Below, one piece after another: positions 36,938 to 46,559 of a stretch of DNA of 54,503 bases. The stretch's first letter is position 1. Every line of letters starts with the position of its first letter. The position numbers and the translations under genes are program-made. Origin of the DNA: a virus (lineage: Duplodnaviria > Caudoviricetes); IMG/VR virus record IMGVR_UViG_3300031957_001318, positions 1 to 54,503 of that record; one strand, written 5' to 3'. A model generated the notes under the pieces. The model had not been told where the DNA came from. It made no database searches and was given only the letters and a program-made list of their open reading frames with translations.

Positions 36938-37131
36938 ACCCCGGCGACATCCCCTACAAAACGCCAGACGACGAAACCGCAATTGACAGGGCTAAACATT
37001 TCTGCCGATCAAGTAGTTTAACACCAAACGATGTAAAGATTGTCAAGCGTGATGGGTTTGTGATGGTTGTGGTTAAGCGCGCTGGCGTGACAATACGATT
37101 GGATAAGGAGTATATCAATGGCGCGAAGTGA
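36934..37131 (+). CDS. Hypothetical protein
   Basis: GTGA coupling; AGGAGG RBS. Confidence 0.55.
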   Translation: MNPGDIPYKTPDDETAIDRAKHFCRSSSLTPNDVKIVKRDGFVMVVVKRAGVTIRLDKEYINGAK

Positions 37132-37435
37132 GGCGAATGTCATGAATGATTGCATGATTGCGTTATCCAAGGCCGGTTGTCTCATTTGGCGCAACAATAC
37201 CGGAGTATTGCCTGATAAGAATGGGCGTCCGATTAAGTTTGGACTGTGCAAGGGTAGTTCTGACTTGATCGGGATTTGTCCTGATGGCGTGTTTTTAGCT
37301 GTTGAATGCAAGACGGAAACTGGTAGAGTGAGGCCGGAACAGACGCGGTTTATTGAGGCTGTACTTAAGCAGGGAGGTCGCGCTGGCATTGCAAGAAACG
37401 CACAAGACGCACTTGACATTATGCGACGTAACTGA
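37118..37435 (+). CDS. VRR-NUC domain nuclease
   Basis: WRNNTG, GSSDLIG, AVECK and EQTRFI motifs. Confidence 0.88.
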   Translation: MARSEANVMNDCMIALSKAGCLIWRNNTGVLPDKNGRPIKFGLCKGSSDLIGICPDGVFLAVECKTETGRVRPEQTRFIEAVLKQGGRAGIARNAQDALDIMRRN

Positions 37436-37551
37436 ACGCGCGGCAATCATTGCAGAGGCGTGCCAAGTGTCGCAAGGTAAGGCTGAGAAAATGACGGCTG
37501 AACAGAACGGGTTTCGGTCGTGGGGTGATATGGTTAATCGCATAGGAGGCG

Positions 37552-37728
37552 ATGATGGAAGTTAAGATTAATGTAAAAGGACCGGCTGGTTGCGGAAAAT
37601 CGCAATTAATTGATGACATCATTGAGATGATGCGAGATACCTATGGAACTTGCGCTGTTCAGACAAAGGACTGGAAAGAAGATGACCATGATGTAACAAT
37701 TGACGTGTATATGGAGGATGATGATTAA
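37552..37728 (+). CDS. 58-aa protein with a Walker A-like motif
   Basis: AGGAGG RBS; MMEVKINVKGPAGCGKSQLIDD; below the ORF-track cutoff. Confidence 0.6.
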   Translation: MMEVKINVKGPAGCGKSQLIDDIIEMMRDTYGTCAVQTKDWKEDDHDVTIDVYMEDDD

Positions 37729-37730
37729 CA

Positions 37731-38423
37731 ATGCATCCTAACTGCACTATCCACAACGTCGATCAAGGCAGTCCAGAATGGCACGAAGCCCGCAACGGAC
37801 TAATCACGGCATCCGAGGTCAAACTTATCCTCACGCCGAAATTTAAAATGGCGGATAACGAAAAAACCCGACAGCACATTTACGAATTGGCGGCGCAACG
37901 TATCTCGGGCTATACAGAGCCGACATACATCGGTGATGAGATGCTGCGCGGTCATGCGGACGAGGTAACAGCGCGTGACCTCTATAGCGAACACTATGCG
38001 CCTGTAACTGAATGCGGGTTTATCACGAGGGATATTGGCGGCTCTGTTCTGGGGTATAGTCCGGACGGCATTGGCTTGATTGATGATTTCGGAATTGAGT
38101 GCAAGTCGAGGCGTCAGAAATATCAGGTGCAGGTGATCACTGCCAACGAGGTTCCAGAAGAACACATGTTGCAAGTGCAAGCTGGTCTATTGGTAACGGG
38201 TTGGGATCGGCTGGCGTATATCAGTTATTGCGGCGGGTTGCCTATGTGGGTGATTGACGCTGAACCTATTGCGGCATATCAGGACGCGATTACGGAAGCG
38301 GTCATGAAAACGGAGGAAAAGATTAAGGAAACCATGGATCGGTATTATGAGCGGCTGAGTAAGGCCAAGGTGATCGAGACTGAGCGGGATATTGACGCGA
38401 CAGATGTAGAAATTTACACCTGA
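37731..38423 (+). CDS. YqaJ / lambda-exonuclease-family recombination nuclease
   Basis: QGSPEWHEARNGLITAS, SPDG, IECK and QVQAGL motifs. Confidence 0.88.
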   Translation: MHPNCTIHNVDQGSPEWHEARNGLITASEVKLILTPKFKMADNEKTRQHIYELAAQRISGYTEPTYIGDEMLRGHADEVTARDLYSEHYAPVTECGFITRDIGGSVLGYSPDGIGLIDDFGIECKSRRQKYQVQVITANEVPEEHMLQVQAGLLVTGWDRLAYISYCGGLPMWVIDAEPIAAYQDAITEAVMKTEEKIKETMDRYYERLSKAKVIETERDIDATDVEIYT

Positions 38424-38520
38424 CTTTGTTAATTCACCGGCATCCTTTAAACTTGTCGGGCTAGGGAGCGCGCCAACGCTCGACCTAGCCCTATCAACGG
38501 CAAGAGAAAAGGATATCGCC

Positions 38521-39285
38521 GTGACTAAGATTGAGATAACACCTAAGTATTCTGAGGTCAAGCCACAGGGTTATTATGTATATGTCCACAAAAGAGCAAC
38601 GAATGGAACGCCATTTTACGTTGGAAAGGGCAAGGGTAGACGGGCGTGGGATAGGAGTAAGAGTGATTGCAGATCAGATCATTGGATAAATTGTGCATTA
38701 AAAAATGGCGTTATTGTTGATGTGATTTGTGACGGCATGGATGAAAAATCAGCCTACAAGATGGAAGCTGATGTTATATCATCATTTAGATCGGAATGCA
38801 TTGATCTCGTAAACCAATCAGAAGGCGGCATAGGCCCTATCGGATTAGTTGTTTCCGAAGCTACTAAGGAAAAGATATCAAGTGCTTTTCAATTTAAAGT
38901 GTGGAATGATGATGGCGAGGAGTTTCGCAACACTTGCGCGGCAGCTAGGGAAATGCGAAACAGGGGTTATCCAAGGGCGGCGGCATCTGGTATTTTTGCA
39001 GCAATAAAGGGCGAAAAAAGTAAGACGGCATATGGTTATGCTTGGTCTAATATTTGCGTTCCAGACAAGCCAAAATCAACTGGTTATCACGCATCAAATG
39101 AAGGCAAGATGCTTCCAGTTTTATGTGTTGACACTGGTATGAAATTCGTGTCATGTAGTGAGGCTGCAAGATGGGTTGCCAGCGTTGGAAGGCCTAGCGC
39201 AAGGGGTTACCGTATATCTTCTTGTGCAAAAGGTGAATCAATGACAGCGTATGGAATGAAATGGAGGTCCTTAGAAAGTGAATAA
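38521..39285 (+). CDS. GIY-YIG-like homing endonuclease with NUMOD1-like repeats
   Basis: YYVYVH...FYVGKGKGRRA, LVNQSEGG and two AARE/AAR...TAYG.W modules; AT-rich. Confidence 0.75.
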   Translation: MTKIEITPKYSEVKPQGYYVYVHKRATNGTPFYVGKGKGRRAWDRSKSDCRSDHWINCALKNGVIVDVICDGMDEKSAYKMEADVISSFRSECIDLVNQSEGGIGPIGLVVSEATKEKISSAFQFKVWNDDGEEFRNTCAAAREMRNRGYPRAAASGIFAAIKGEKSKTAYGYAWSNICVPDKPKSTGYHASNEGKMLPVLCVDTGMKFVSCSEAARWVASVGRPSARGYRISSCAKGESMTAYGMKWRSLESE

Positions 39286-39856
39286 AGATGTAACTCAGGC
39301 GATTGCCGCCCGCTCTGATCAGCTAAATGCTGATGATTTAGTAAGCGGCCCTATGACTATCAAGATCACAGACGTTAATGTTAAATCGTCATCAGATCAG
39401 CCTATTGAAATCTCGTTTGAAGGTAGCGCGAAGCTATTTCGCCCCTGCAAGACAGCCGCCAGATGCCTAGCCGCTGTCTGGGGTCCGAACGCTGCACAGT
39501 GGACGGGGTTGCATTGCACGATCTACAATGACCCAACCGTGACTTGGGCTGGCGCTGCGGTTGGTGGAATTCGTGTGTCGCATATGGAGGGCCTTGATAA
39601 GCCGCGCCAATTGAGCCTGAGCAAGACTAGAGGAAAGAAATCTACTGTCACCATTCAACCGCTTGTGATGAATGATGCGCCTGCCGTTGATAATACAGCC
39701 GTACTTGATGAAGCCCGCGCCGAAGCCGCAAAAGGTAAGGACGTGTTTACTGTTTGGTGGAAGGCGAATAAACAACATCACGACGCGGTAATGCCTATCA
39801 TGGGTGAATTGAAGGCGTTGATGGAAAAGGCTATTGATGATGAAGTGCCACTTTAA
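39278..39856 (+). CDS. Putative single-strand annealing / recombination protein
   Basis: SDQLNADDL and WAGAAVGGIRVSHM conserved phage motifs; synteny between YqaJ and SSB. Confidence 0.55.
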   Translation: MNKDVTQAIAARSDQLNADDLVSGPMTIKITDVNVKSSSDQPIEISFEGSAKLFRPCKTAARCLAAVWGPNAAQWTGLHCTIYNDPTVTWAGAAVGGIRVSHMEGLDKPRQLSLSKTRGKKSTVTIQPLVMNDAPAVDNTAVLDEARAEAAKGKDVFTVWWKANKQHHDAVMPIMGELKALMEKAIDDEVPL

Positions 39857-39868
39857 GGAGGATATTTA

Positions 39869-40027
39869 ATGGAAACCGACGATAAAGTATATCGCGATTG
39901 GATTGAGTGGTTTTATGCTAATGCAGATTTCGGCCCAGCACATAGCGATGTAATGATTATGATGATGGATGATTTTGAAGAAGAAACGGGTAAAAGTCTA
40001 CCTGACTATGTAAAGGAAGGCTACTAA
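39869..40027 (+). CDS. Small acidic hypothetical protein
   Basis: AAGGAGG RBS; TAATG coupling to ssb. Confidence 0.6.
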   Translation: METDDKVYRDWIEWFYANADFGPAHSDVMIMMMDDFEEETGKSLPDYVKEGY

Positions 40028-40470
40028 TGGCAGGTTCCGTAAATAAATGCATCATCATCGGCAATCTTGGCCGTGACCCTGAGATCCGCTCATTCTCAAA
40101 CGGTGGACGTGTTGCAAACCTGCGCATTGCCACGTCTGAGACTTGGAAGGATAAGAATACAGGTGAGCGTAAGGAAAAAACAGAGTGGCATTCAGTTGCC
40201 ATCATGAATGACGCACTTGTCGGAATTGTCGATCAATACATCAAAAAAGGCAGCAAGGTCTACATTGAAGGGCAGCTAGAGACCCGAAAATGGCAGGATC
40301 AATCTGGTGCTGATAAATATAGCACTGAGATTGTGTTGCGCCCGTACAACGGCGTTCTGACGATGCTTGATAGCGCCGGGTCTCGTTCTAACGGCGGATA
40401 TAGTGAGCCTAGTAATGGTCCGACTGTGGGCAGTGGGCTTGACGATGACGGCGATTCCATTCCATTTTGA
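40027..40470 (+). CDS. ssb: Single-stranded DNA-binding protein
   Basis: [34 protein letters not shown] and acidic DDDGDSIPF tail. Confidence 0.95.
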   Translation: MAGSVNKCIIIGNLGRDPEIRSFSNGGRVANLRIATSETWKDKNTGERKEKTEWHSVAIMNDALVGIVDQYIKKGSKVYIEGQLETRKWQDQSGADKYSTEIVLRPYNGVLTMLDSAGSRSNGGYSEPSNGPTVGSGLDDDGDSIPF

Positions 40471-40485
40471 CGCTGTAAATAATAC

Positions 40486-40522
40486 TTGACACCCACACAC
40501 CGCGCCTTGTATGGTGCGGTGT
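40486..40522 (+). promoter_or_regulatory. Promoter with its -10 box inside an inverted repeat
   Basis: TTGACA(40486)-18-TATGGT; ACACCGCGCC/GGTGCGGTGT stem. Confidence 0.55.
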
Positions 40523-40542
40523 AGTCATATGGAGGTTAGCGC

Positions 40543-41088
40543 GTGACATATAAGCGCAAGGAAGTTATTGGCGGACTATTGAAAGATGTTTCTTTTACAG
40601 GCTTCCCTAGGAACATCACAATATACGGAATTGGAACACCAGAAACAGTTTATGTTGGAAGCACAAATCAGACTATAGAGTCTCGCATTCGTGCGCATGT
40701 TTCAATGGCTGTAGCAGGAAGTGACACGCCGATCCACATTTGGATGATGGAAAGAAAGTGTGAGTTTGATGTAATTCACTTGGAAACATGCGCAGCTGAT
40801 CGGCGTGAAGAAAGGGAACGGTACTGGATTTCACATTTTGGCGATGGCCTCCTAAATGTAACAGATGGTGGTCCCGGTATGTCTGGCAATCTATTTGCGG
40901 GAACCGGCCATGCTGAGAAAATTGCAAATAAATTGCGTCTAGGAACCAATTTCGCTTGTGAGGTATGCGGGGTAGAATTTTGGAGAAAGCCAAGGGATAT
41001 AAAACTTGGAAATACTAGGTTCTGTTCTCGCGCCTGCTATCAGTTCTGGCAAAAAGGTAAGCCTAAAAGAAGGGTTAAGAATAAATGA
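40543..41088 (+). CDS. GIY-YIG-like endonuclease with C-terminal zinc finger
   Basis: TIYGI...YVGST...RIRAH, ERERYWI, LLNVTDGG; CEVCG...FCSRAC. Confidence 0.75.
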   Translation: MTYKRKEVIGGLLKDVSFTGFPRNITIYGIGTPETVYVGSTNQTIESRIRAHVSMAVAGSDTPIHIWMMERKCEFDVIHLETCAADRREERERYWISHFGDGLLNVTDGGPGMSGNLFAGTGHAEKIANKLRLGTNFACEVCGVEFWRKPRDIKLGNTRFCSRACYQFWQKGKPKRRVKNK

Positions 41089-41738
41089 CCGCAATAAAGA
41101 AAGAAGTTGTTATAGGAGATTGCCGACTTATCCTAGGCGATTGCATGGAAGTGATGCCTACGCTGGGCAAGGTTGATGCGGTGGTTACTGATCCGCCGTA
41201 TGGTATTGGGATTACAAAAAGTAATAGGCTTGCTGTTTCACGGGGGATGGGTGGTAAGTCTTGGGATGATGAAGTGCCTGACATTACTGCGCTTCCTAAT
41301 GTTTCAAAGATCATTTGGGGCGGTAACTACTTTGATCTTCAGCCGTGCCGTGGTTTTTTAATCTGGGATAAGAATAACGCTGGCAGAGATTTTGCGGATG
41401 TTGAATTTGCATGGACTAACATTGATATGGTGGCACGCAGAATGGTTTACCGCCCTATGAATATGGATGGAGGCAAACAACACCCCACCCAAAAACCAAT
41501 CGCCCTTATGCAATGGTGCCTTGGCTTCCTTCCTAATGCAGACACCATCCTAGACCCATTCATGGGCAGCGGAACAACAGGTGTTGCTTGCGTGAACCTT
41601 GGTCGTAAGTTCATCGGCATTGAACTTGACGAGGATTACTTTGACATTGCGTGCCGTCGCATTCAAGAAGCGTATAATCAGCCGCGTTTGGCACTTGACG
41701 AACCCGCGAAACCTGTGCAACAGTCTATTGAGTTTTAA
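41085..41738 (+). CDS. DNA N6-adenine/N4-cytosine methyltransferase (beta class)
   Basis: TDPPY precedes HPTQKP and LDPFMGSGTTG. Confidence 0.9.
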   Translation: MTAIKKEVVIGDCRLILGDCMEVMPTLGKVDAVVTDPPYGIGITKSNRLAVSRGMGGKSWDDEVPDITALPNVSKIIWGGNYFDLQPCRGFLIWDKNNAGRDFADVEFAWTNIDMVARRMVYRPMNMDGGKQHPTQKPIALMQWCLGFLPNADTILDPFMGSGTTGVACVNLGRKFIGIELDEDYFDIACRRIQEAYNQPRLALDEPAKPVQQSIEF

Positions 41739-41749
41739 AGGAGGACAAA

Positions 41750-41977
41750 ATGCCAGTAACAACCTACAACAGCGAAATTGAGGCGCAGGTTAGCTATACG
41801 ATGGACCGGCAGCGTTTCAGCGATGAGGAGCCGGGCGACATTCCGACGAATATGGAGTTGCATGACTTGTGGATGTTCGGGCGCGCGTGGCGATGGTCTG
41901 AAGTTGTCGATACGTTCGGCAACAAAGGCGCGCGCGCGATTGAGCGGTTTATTTTTGACAATGTGGAGGTGGAGTGA
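41750..41977 (+). CDS. Hypothetical protein
   Basis: AGGAGG RBS. Confidence 0.65.
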   Translation: MPVTTYNSEIEAQVSYTMDRQRFSDEEPGDIPTNMELHDLWMFGRAWRWSEVVDTFGNKGARAIERFIFDNVEVE

Positions 41978-42285
41978 TGGAATACGAGGTTGGCAAATGG
42001 TACGGCTGGAATGGTGGAGAGTGTCCGGTGCACCGATCCAGTAAAGTAGAAGCTATTTTTTCCGATGGCAGCGGGGCTGGTGAAGTTGTGTTTGCTAGGG
42101 ATTACGGATGGAATGGGCCATACTATCCCATCGCCTTCCGCATCATCAAGGAACACAAAGAGCCGCGTGAGTTTTGGATTAGCGAAAACGATGGTTACGC
42201 ACACCCAACAGAAGAAAGCGCGCTGTCCGATCCATTGACCGCTAAGCACGGCTATATCCACGTCCGCGAGGTACTACCCAAATGA
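41974..42285 (+). CDS. Hypothetical phage protein
   Basis: WYGWNGGECPV...IAFRI and YIHVREV motifs. Confidence 0.7.
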   Translation: MMEYEVGKWYGWNGGECPVHRSSKVEAIFSDGSGAGEVVFARDYGWNGPYYPIAFRIIKEHKEPREFWISENDGYAHPTEESALSDPLTAKHGYIHVREVLPK

Positions 42286-42473
42286 CTAAACCCCACAACG
42301 TAGCGTCCATCACAATCACGCCGGGTGAGGACTTCCACCTTACCGTTAAGACCAGTGATGGCGGGGTCCTGCGCCTTAGTGGTGAAAACGCAATCCCGTG
42401 CTTTTTCACTATTGCCAATCTGGTGACTGACGATTACGATACTGACACTGACGAAAAACAACAGGTGCATTGA
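42282..42473 (+). CDS. Hypothetical protein
   Basis: ATGA coupling. Confidence 0.5.
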   Translation: MTKPHNVASITITPGEDFHLTVKTSDGGVLRLSGENAIPCFFTIANLVTDDYDTDTDEKQQVH

Positions 42474-42718
42474 TGATCTCCTACGCAACCCACAAAGACC
42501 CAGCCCGTATGCTGCGAATGGCGGTTCTTGACGATGCAACGCCTGCCGAGCGTGGTACAGTGCTGGAATACTGGCGCGGGGCAACGAATGTTGATCCGCA
42601 AGGAAAGCGGGCAGACGCATTCCGAACGGCGCGGCGACTTGCGGATGCTGGGCGCGTTGTGCTTATGCAGAAAAAGCACGGCATTGATGATTATTCTTAT
42701 AGGGCGGTGGTGGTGTGA
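42470..42718 (+). CDS. Hypothetical protein
   Basis: Coupled on both sides; LEYWRG and GRVVLMQKK pattern. Confidence 0.6.
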   Translation: MMISYATHKDPARMLRMAVLDDATPAERGTVLEYWRGATNVDPQGKRADAFRTARRLADAGRVVLMQKKHGIDDYSYRAVVV

Positions 42719-43248
42719 TGGAACGCTACGGAGACTGGATGCAGACGTACAGCGGAAAGCAATTCTGGCCGCTTGACCCAAAACCAGATGAAATTTTCAT
42801 GGAGGACATTGCACATGCGTTGTCTCTAATGTGTCGCTATGGCGGTCATTCTATCATGTTCTATTCTGTTGCTGAACATTGCTGCCATATCCATGATTAT
42901 CTTGACGATGAATTCAAGACGTGGGGACTGATGCATGATGCAAGCGAGGCTTACATTGTTGACATTCCGCGACCATTGAAGCCTTTCCTTGCTGGATACA
43001 AGGACGCAGAACGCAAAGTTATGGACGCGGTTTGCGATAGATTTGGGATGGATCATCATGAGCCTCCAATTGTGAAGAATGCCGACACCAGAATTCTTGG
43101 CGATGAGCAGAGGCAAGTAATGTCAGCTCCGCCTGCCCCGTGGTATCACACTGGCGATCCACTTGGCGTTAAAATTCAGTTTTGGGCACCAGAACGGGCT
43201 GAAAGCGAATTCCTTGATAGGGCCTATGCACGGGGGCTGCTGAAATGA
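42715..43248 (+). CDS. HD-domain nucleotide phosphohydrolase (YfdR/YfbR-like)
   Basis: DIAHALS..CRYGGH, YSVAEH and LMHDASEAY..DIPRPLK motifs. Confidence 0.85.
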   Translation: MMERYGDWMQTYSGKQFWPLDPKPDEIFMEDIAHALSLMCRYGGHSIMFYSVAEHCCHIHDYLDDEFKTWGLMHDASEAYIVDIPRPLKPFLAGYKDAERKVMDAVCDRFGMDHHEPPIVKNADTRILGDEQRQVMSAPPAPWYHTGDPLGVKIQFWAPERAESEFLDRAYARGLLK

Positions 43249-43673
43249 TTCTCCCCTACAAACTACTCCACCCAGCCGCCAAACCGCCCAAATTCTCCCA
43301 CGAAACGGACGCATGCTTTGATCTTACCGCCGCCGTCCGATACGACACAGACGGTAACAGCCGAGTCTATGACACGGGACTTGCCTTCCAAATCCCGAAA
43401 GGTTATTATGTCGAACTCGCCATTAGGAGCGGACTAGCATTTTCTGGAGGCTTTATTCTGGCCAATGGAGTCGGGATTATCGACTCTGGTTACATTGCGT
43501 CCGTTAAGTGCAAGCTTGTTTATCTTGGCGAGGGAAATCCAGATTGGCCGCGTGTCGGTGATAGAATTGCGCAGGGTCGCCTCGTGCGGCTTACAAAAAC
43601 GGAATTGCAAGAGGTACAAGAACTTGACGAAACAGAACGGGGAGAAAATGGGCTTGGGTCAACGGGGCGATAA
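43245..43673 (+). CDS. dut: Trimeric dUTPase
   Basis: ACFDL, RSGLA, GIIDSGY, DRIAQ and RGENGLGSTG motifs. Confidence 0.92.
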   Translation: MILPYKLLHPAAKPPKFSHETDACFDLTAAVRYDTDGNSRVYDTGLAFQIPKGYYVELAIRSGLAFSGGFILANGVGIIDSGYIASVKCKLVYLGEGNPDWPRVGDRIAQGRLVRLTKTELQEVQELDETERGENGLGSTGR

Positions 43674-45420
43674 CTATAAGCCGTTTCATAACCCAATGGC
43701 GGCGCAGATTTGGGATATGAAATACCGCCTGAAAGAACAGGATGGAACGCCGGTTGATATGACCGTGCAAGACACTTGGCGTCGTGTCGCTAAGGCTCTG
43801 TCTGTAAATGAGCCAGAACAAAAGGGCGCTTTTTATAGCGTCCTCGAAAACTTCTCTTTCATCCCTGCTGGTCGTATCAACGCAGGTGCTGGCACTGATC
43901 GGAATGTGACCCTGTTCAACTGCTTTGTCATGGGAACTATTCCTGACAGCCTTTCCGGAATCATGGACGCACTGAAAGAAGCCGCTATGACCATGCAGGC
44001 GGGTGGCGGCATCGGCTATGACTTCTCGACGCTGCGCCCGGCTGGCGCGCCCGTTAAGGGTGTTGCTGCTGACGCAAGCGGACCTCTTACGTTTATGGAC
44101 GTTTGGGACAGCATGTGCCGAACGATCATGTCGGCGGGTGTCAGGCGCGGCGCTATGATGGCAACCATGCGTGTTGACCATCCTGATATTGAGAAATTCA
44201 TTGATGCCAAGCGTGACCCTACCCGGCTTCGCATGTTCAATATGTCTGTGCTGGCAACCGATGCGTTTATGGACGCTGTGCGCAAAAATGAGAAGTTCCC
44301 GCTGCAATTTGGCGGGAAGGTCTACAAGTACGTTTCCGCGCGTGGTCTGTGGGATCACATCATGCAGGCGACATATGCTTATGCAGAGCCGGGTGTTATC
44401 TTCATTGACCGCATCAATGAGGAAAATAATCTGCGCTATGTGGAAACTATTGCATGTACCAATCCCTGCGGCGAGCAACCGTTGCCGCCTTATGGCGCTT
44501 GCCTGCTGGGGTCTATCAACCTTGCGGCGATGATTGATAATGATGGCGGGATCAACTTCACCAAACTGCGCAACACTGTAGCCGTTGCCGTTCGCATGAT
44601 GGATAACGTGATTGACGTGTCCAAATTCCCATTGCCGGAACAAGAGGCCGAGGCGCAAGCCAAGCGCCGGATCGGTCTTGGTGTTACTGGTCTTGCGGAT
44701 GCGCTGGCGCTTGGCGGCATTGTGTACGGATCGGATGCGGCTGTTGCATGGACTGATGACGTGATGCGTGAGATTGCGGTGGCGTCCTATTACACGTCCG
44801 CCATGCTTGCCAAAGAAAAAGGCGCATTCCCGCTTTTCGATCTTGACGAGTTTATGAAGTCGCCAATGATGCAGCGTATGCCACACGAGGTGCAGGATGC
44901 GGTTCGCAAATACGGCATTCGTAACGCGCTGCTTACGTCAATCGCTCCGACTGGCACGATCAGTCTTTACGCTGGCAACGTGTCGTCTGGGATCGAGCCT
45001 ATCTTCGCGCTGGAATATGACCGCAAGGTGATGCAGAAAGATGGTTCTAAGGTCACTGAGACTGTGCGAGACTACGCGGTTGACAAGTGGCGTCGGATGT
45101 ATGGTGATGCGCCGTTGCCAGCGTCGTTTGTGACGGCTCAAACCCTTGCGCCGATTGATCACGTCAAGATGCAGGCTGTTGCTCAGAAGTGGGTGGACTC
45201 TAGCATTTCCAAGACTATCAACTGCCCGGAAGACATTAGCTTTGATGACTTCAAGGACGTGTATATGACGGCGTGGGAAATGGGCTGTAAGGGCTGCACT
45301 ACATATCGCCCGAATGATGTAACTGGGTCTGTGCTTGAGGTTAAGAAAGAGCCTGAGAATGGCGCGTGTGAGTTGAAGGTTGATCCCTCGACGGGGCAAC
45401 TGATCAGATCTTGTGAATAG
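43648..45420 (+). CDS. nrdJ: Class II (B12-dependent) ribonucleotide reductase
   Basis: TLFNCF, GGGIGYDFS, TNPCGEQ, SIAPTGTIS and C-terminal ACE...SCE motifs; no small subunit gene; start placed at GGAG-preceded ATG 43648. Confidence 0.9.
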   Translation: MGLGQRGDNYKPFHNPMAAQIWDMKYRLKEQDGTPVDMTVQDTWRRVAKALSVNEPEQKGAFYSVLENFSFIPAGRINAGAGTDRNVTLFNCFVMGTIPDSLSGIMDALKEAAMTMQAGGGIGYDFSTLRPAGAPVKGVAADASGPLTFMDVWDSMCRTIMSAGVRRGAMMATMRVDHPDIEKFIDAKRDPTRLRMFNMSVLATDAFMDAVRKNEKFPLQFGGKVYKYVSARGLWDHIMQATYAYAEPGVIFIDRINEENNLRYVETIACTNPCGEQPLPPYGACLLGSINLAAMIDNDGGINFTKLRNTVAVAVRMMDNVIDVSKFPLPEQEAEAQAKRRIGLGVTGLADALALGGIVYGSDAAVAWTDDVMREIAVASYYTSAMLAKEKGAFPLFDLDEFMKSPMMQRMPHEVQDAVRKYGIRNALLTSIAPTGTISLYAGNVSSGIEPIFALEYDRKVMQKDGSKVTETVRDYAVDKWRRMYGDAPLPASFVTAQTLAPIDHVKMQAVAQKWVDSSISKTINCPEDISFDDFKDVYMTAWEMGCKGCTTYRPNDVTGSVLEVKKEPENGACELKVDPSTGQLIRSCE

Positions 45421-45430
45421 CTTGCAATAC

Positions 45431-45476
45431 TTGCAATTATGCAGTCGCCACCTATATAATGTAGGTGGCGGTTTTT
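45431..45476 (+). terminator. Terminator of nrdJ fused with a promoter (TATAAT in the loop)
   Basis: CGCCACCTA-TATAATG-TAGGTGGCG then GTTTTT; TTGCAA 18 bp before TATAAT. Confidence 0.65.
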
Positions 45477-45488
45477 CTATGAGGGGTC

Positions 45489-45935
45489 ATGAATAGGAAT
45501 AGAGAAGGATACTTAGTTTCGGAAACGCATAGGGAATGCACTAATTGCGGAAGCATTTTCGAAAAGACAAGCAAGATGACGCTTTGCAAGAAATGTAATA
45601 GCACTAGAGTTAAGTCGCAAACTCCAGAGTGGAGAATGTTTCAGAGGGCTAAGGCTAGATGCAAGACTAGTGGGCTTGAGTTTTCAATTGACATTGACGA
45701 CATACACATTCCGGATACATGCCCAATCCTCGGTATGGAAATAAACATGAATAGCGGCAGGCCGGGTGCATACAAAAACTCACCAAGTCTAGATCGAAAG
45801 GATAACGACAAAGGATACATTAAGGGTAACGTATGGGTTATATCTCAGCTTGCAAACGCCATGAAGGGTGCCGCAAGCGTTAGTGACCTACATAAGTTCG
45901 CAGATTGGATCAATAGTGAGTTTCCGCGTTCTTAA
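45489..45935 (+). CDS. HNH-like (His-Me finger) endonuclease
   Basis: CTNC/CKKC, CPILG and SPSLDRKDNDKGYIKGNVWVIS..AN.MK motifs. Confidence 0.75.
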   Translation: MNRNREGYLVSETHRECTNCGSIFEKTSKMTLCKKCNSTRVKSQTPEWRMFQRAKARCKTSGLEFSIDIDDIHIPDTCPILGMEINMNSGRPGAYKNSPSLDRKDNDKGYIKGNVWVISQLANAMKGAASVSDLHKFADWINSEFPRS

Positions 45936-45938
45936 GGC

Positions 45939-45985
45939 TTGACACACCACTGCGCCTATGCTACCCACGGCATAGGCGTTTTTTT
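45939..45985 (+). terminator. Terminator fused with a promoter
   Basis: TTGACA(45939)-17-TACCCA; CGCCTATGC/GCATAGGCG stem followed by T7. Confidence 0.65.
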
Positions 45986-46166
45986 ATGGAGGTAATGCTG
46001 TGGTCAGATACGAGATTGAGCGTGGCGTTAACGCGCCGTGTCAACTTGTTTCCATCGTAAGTGGAAAGTCGTTTGGCGGAAAGGTTGACACTGAGTTTCG
46101 AAATTTTGTATGCGAAGGAACGCATGCTTACTGTATGAGCGTTAAGGAAAAATTGGAGGTAATGCC

Positions 46167-46559
46167 GTGATTGTTAAAGAGGGTATGTACTGCAAGACTG
46201 ATGACGGGAAAAAAGTTGGCCCGGTCCGTCGCACAAGCCAAAGACTTACTGACCCGTGGCCGTTTGTTTGCGACTACGATGGGACGAGCACTGAATTGCT
46301 ATATATCAGGGCTAACGGTGAAACTCAGAACGGTACAGGAGACTATACCACGCCGGACCTCATATCCGAATGGCCGTCCGATGGCCCTGTACGCACGGTA
46401 ACACGGCGGGAGATTGTGCCGGGAGTGTATGGGGCAGTCCGTGTGGATTGTCTTGGTTACACTGTCGTGATGCCGTCTCGGTCTCCCACCGAACTCCGCG
46501 CCGCCGCTGCAACCCTTATCGAAATCGCTGATGCGTTGGAGGATGGTAAAGATGAGTGA
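46167..46559 (+). CDS. Hypothetical protein
   Basis: GGAGG RBS; DGKKVGPV...DLISEW..GPVRTVTRREIVPG pattern. Confidence 0.7.
   Translation: MIVKEGMYCKTDDGKKVGPVRRTSQRLTDPWPFVCDYDGTSTELLYIRANGETQNGTGDYTTPDLISEWPSDGPVRTVTRREIVPGVYGAVRVDCLGYTVVMPSRSPTELRAAAATLIEIADALEDGKDE

Noticed and set aside
43465-43647. N-terminal extension of nrdJ in the ORF track
   Set aside because: Overlaps most of dut; RNR-like sequence and an RBS start at 43648
43591-44886. 431-aa minus-strand ORF
   Set aside because: Antisense shadow of nrdJ; no RBS, promoter or recognisable motifs
24666-45420. Inteins or group I introns in terL, primase, helicase or nrdJ
   Set aside because: The proteins are of normal length with uninterrupted motifs; the endonuclease genes are intergenic
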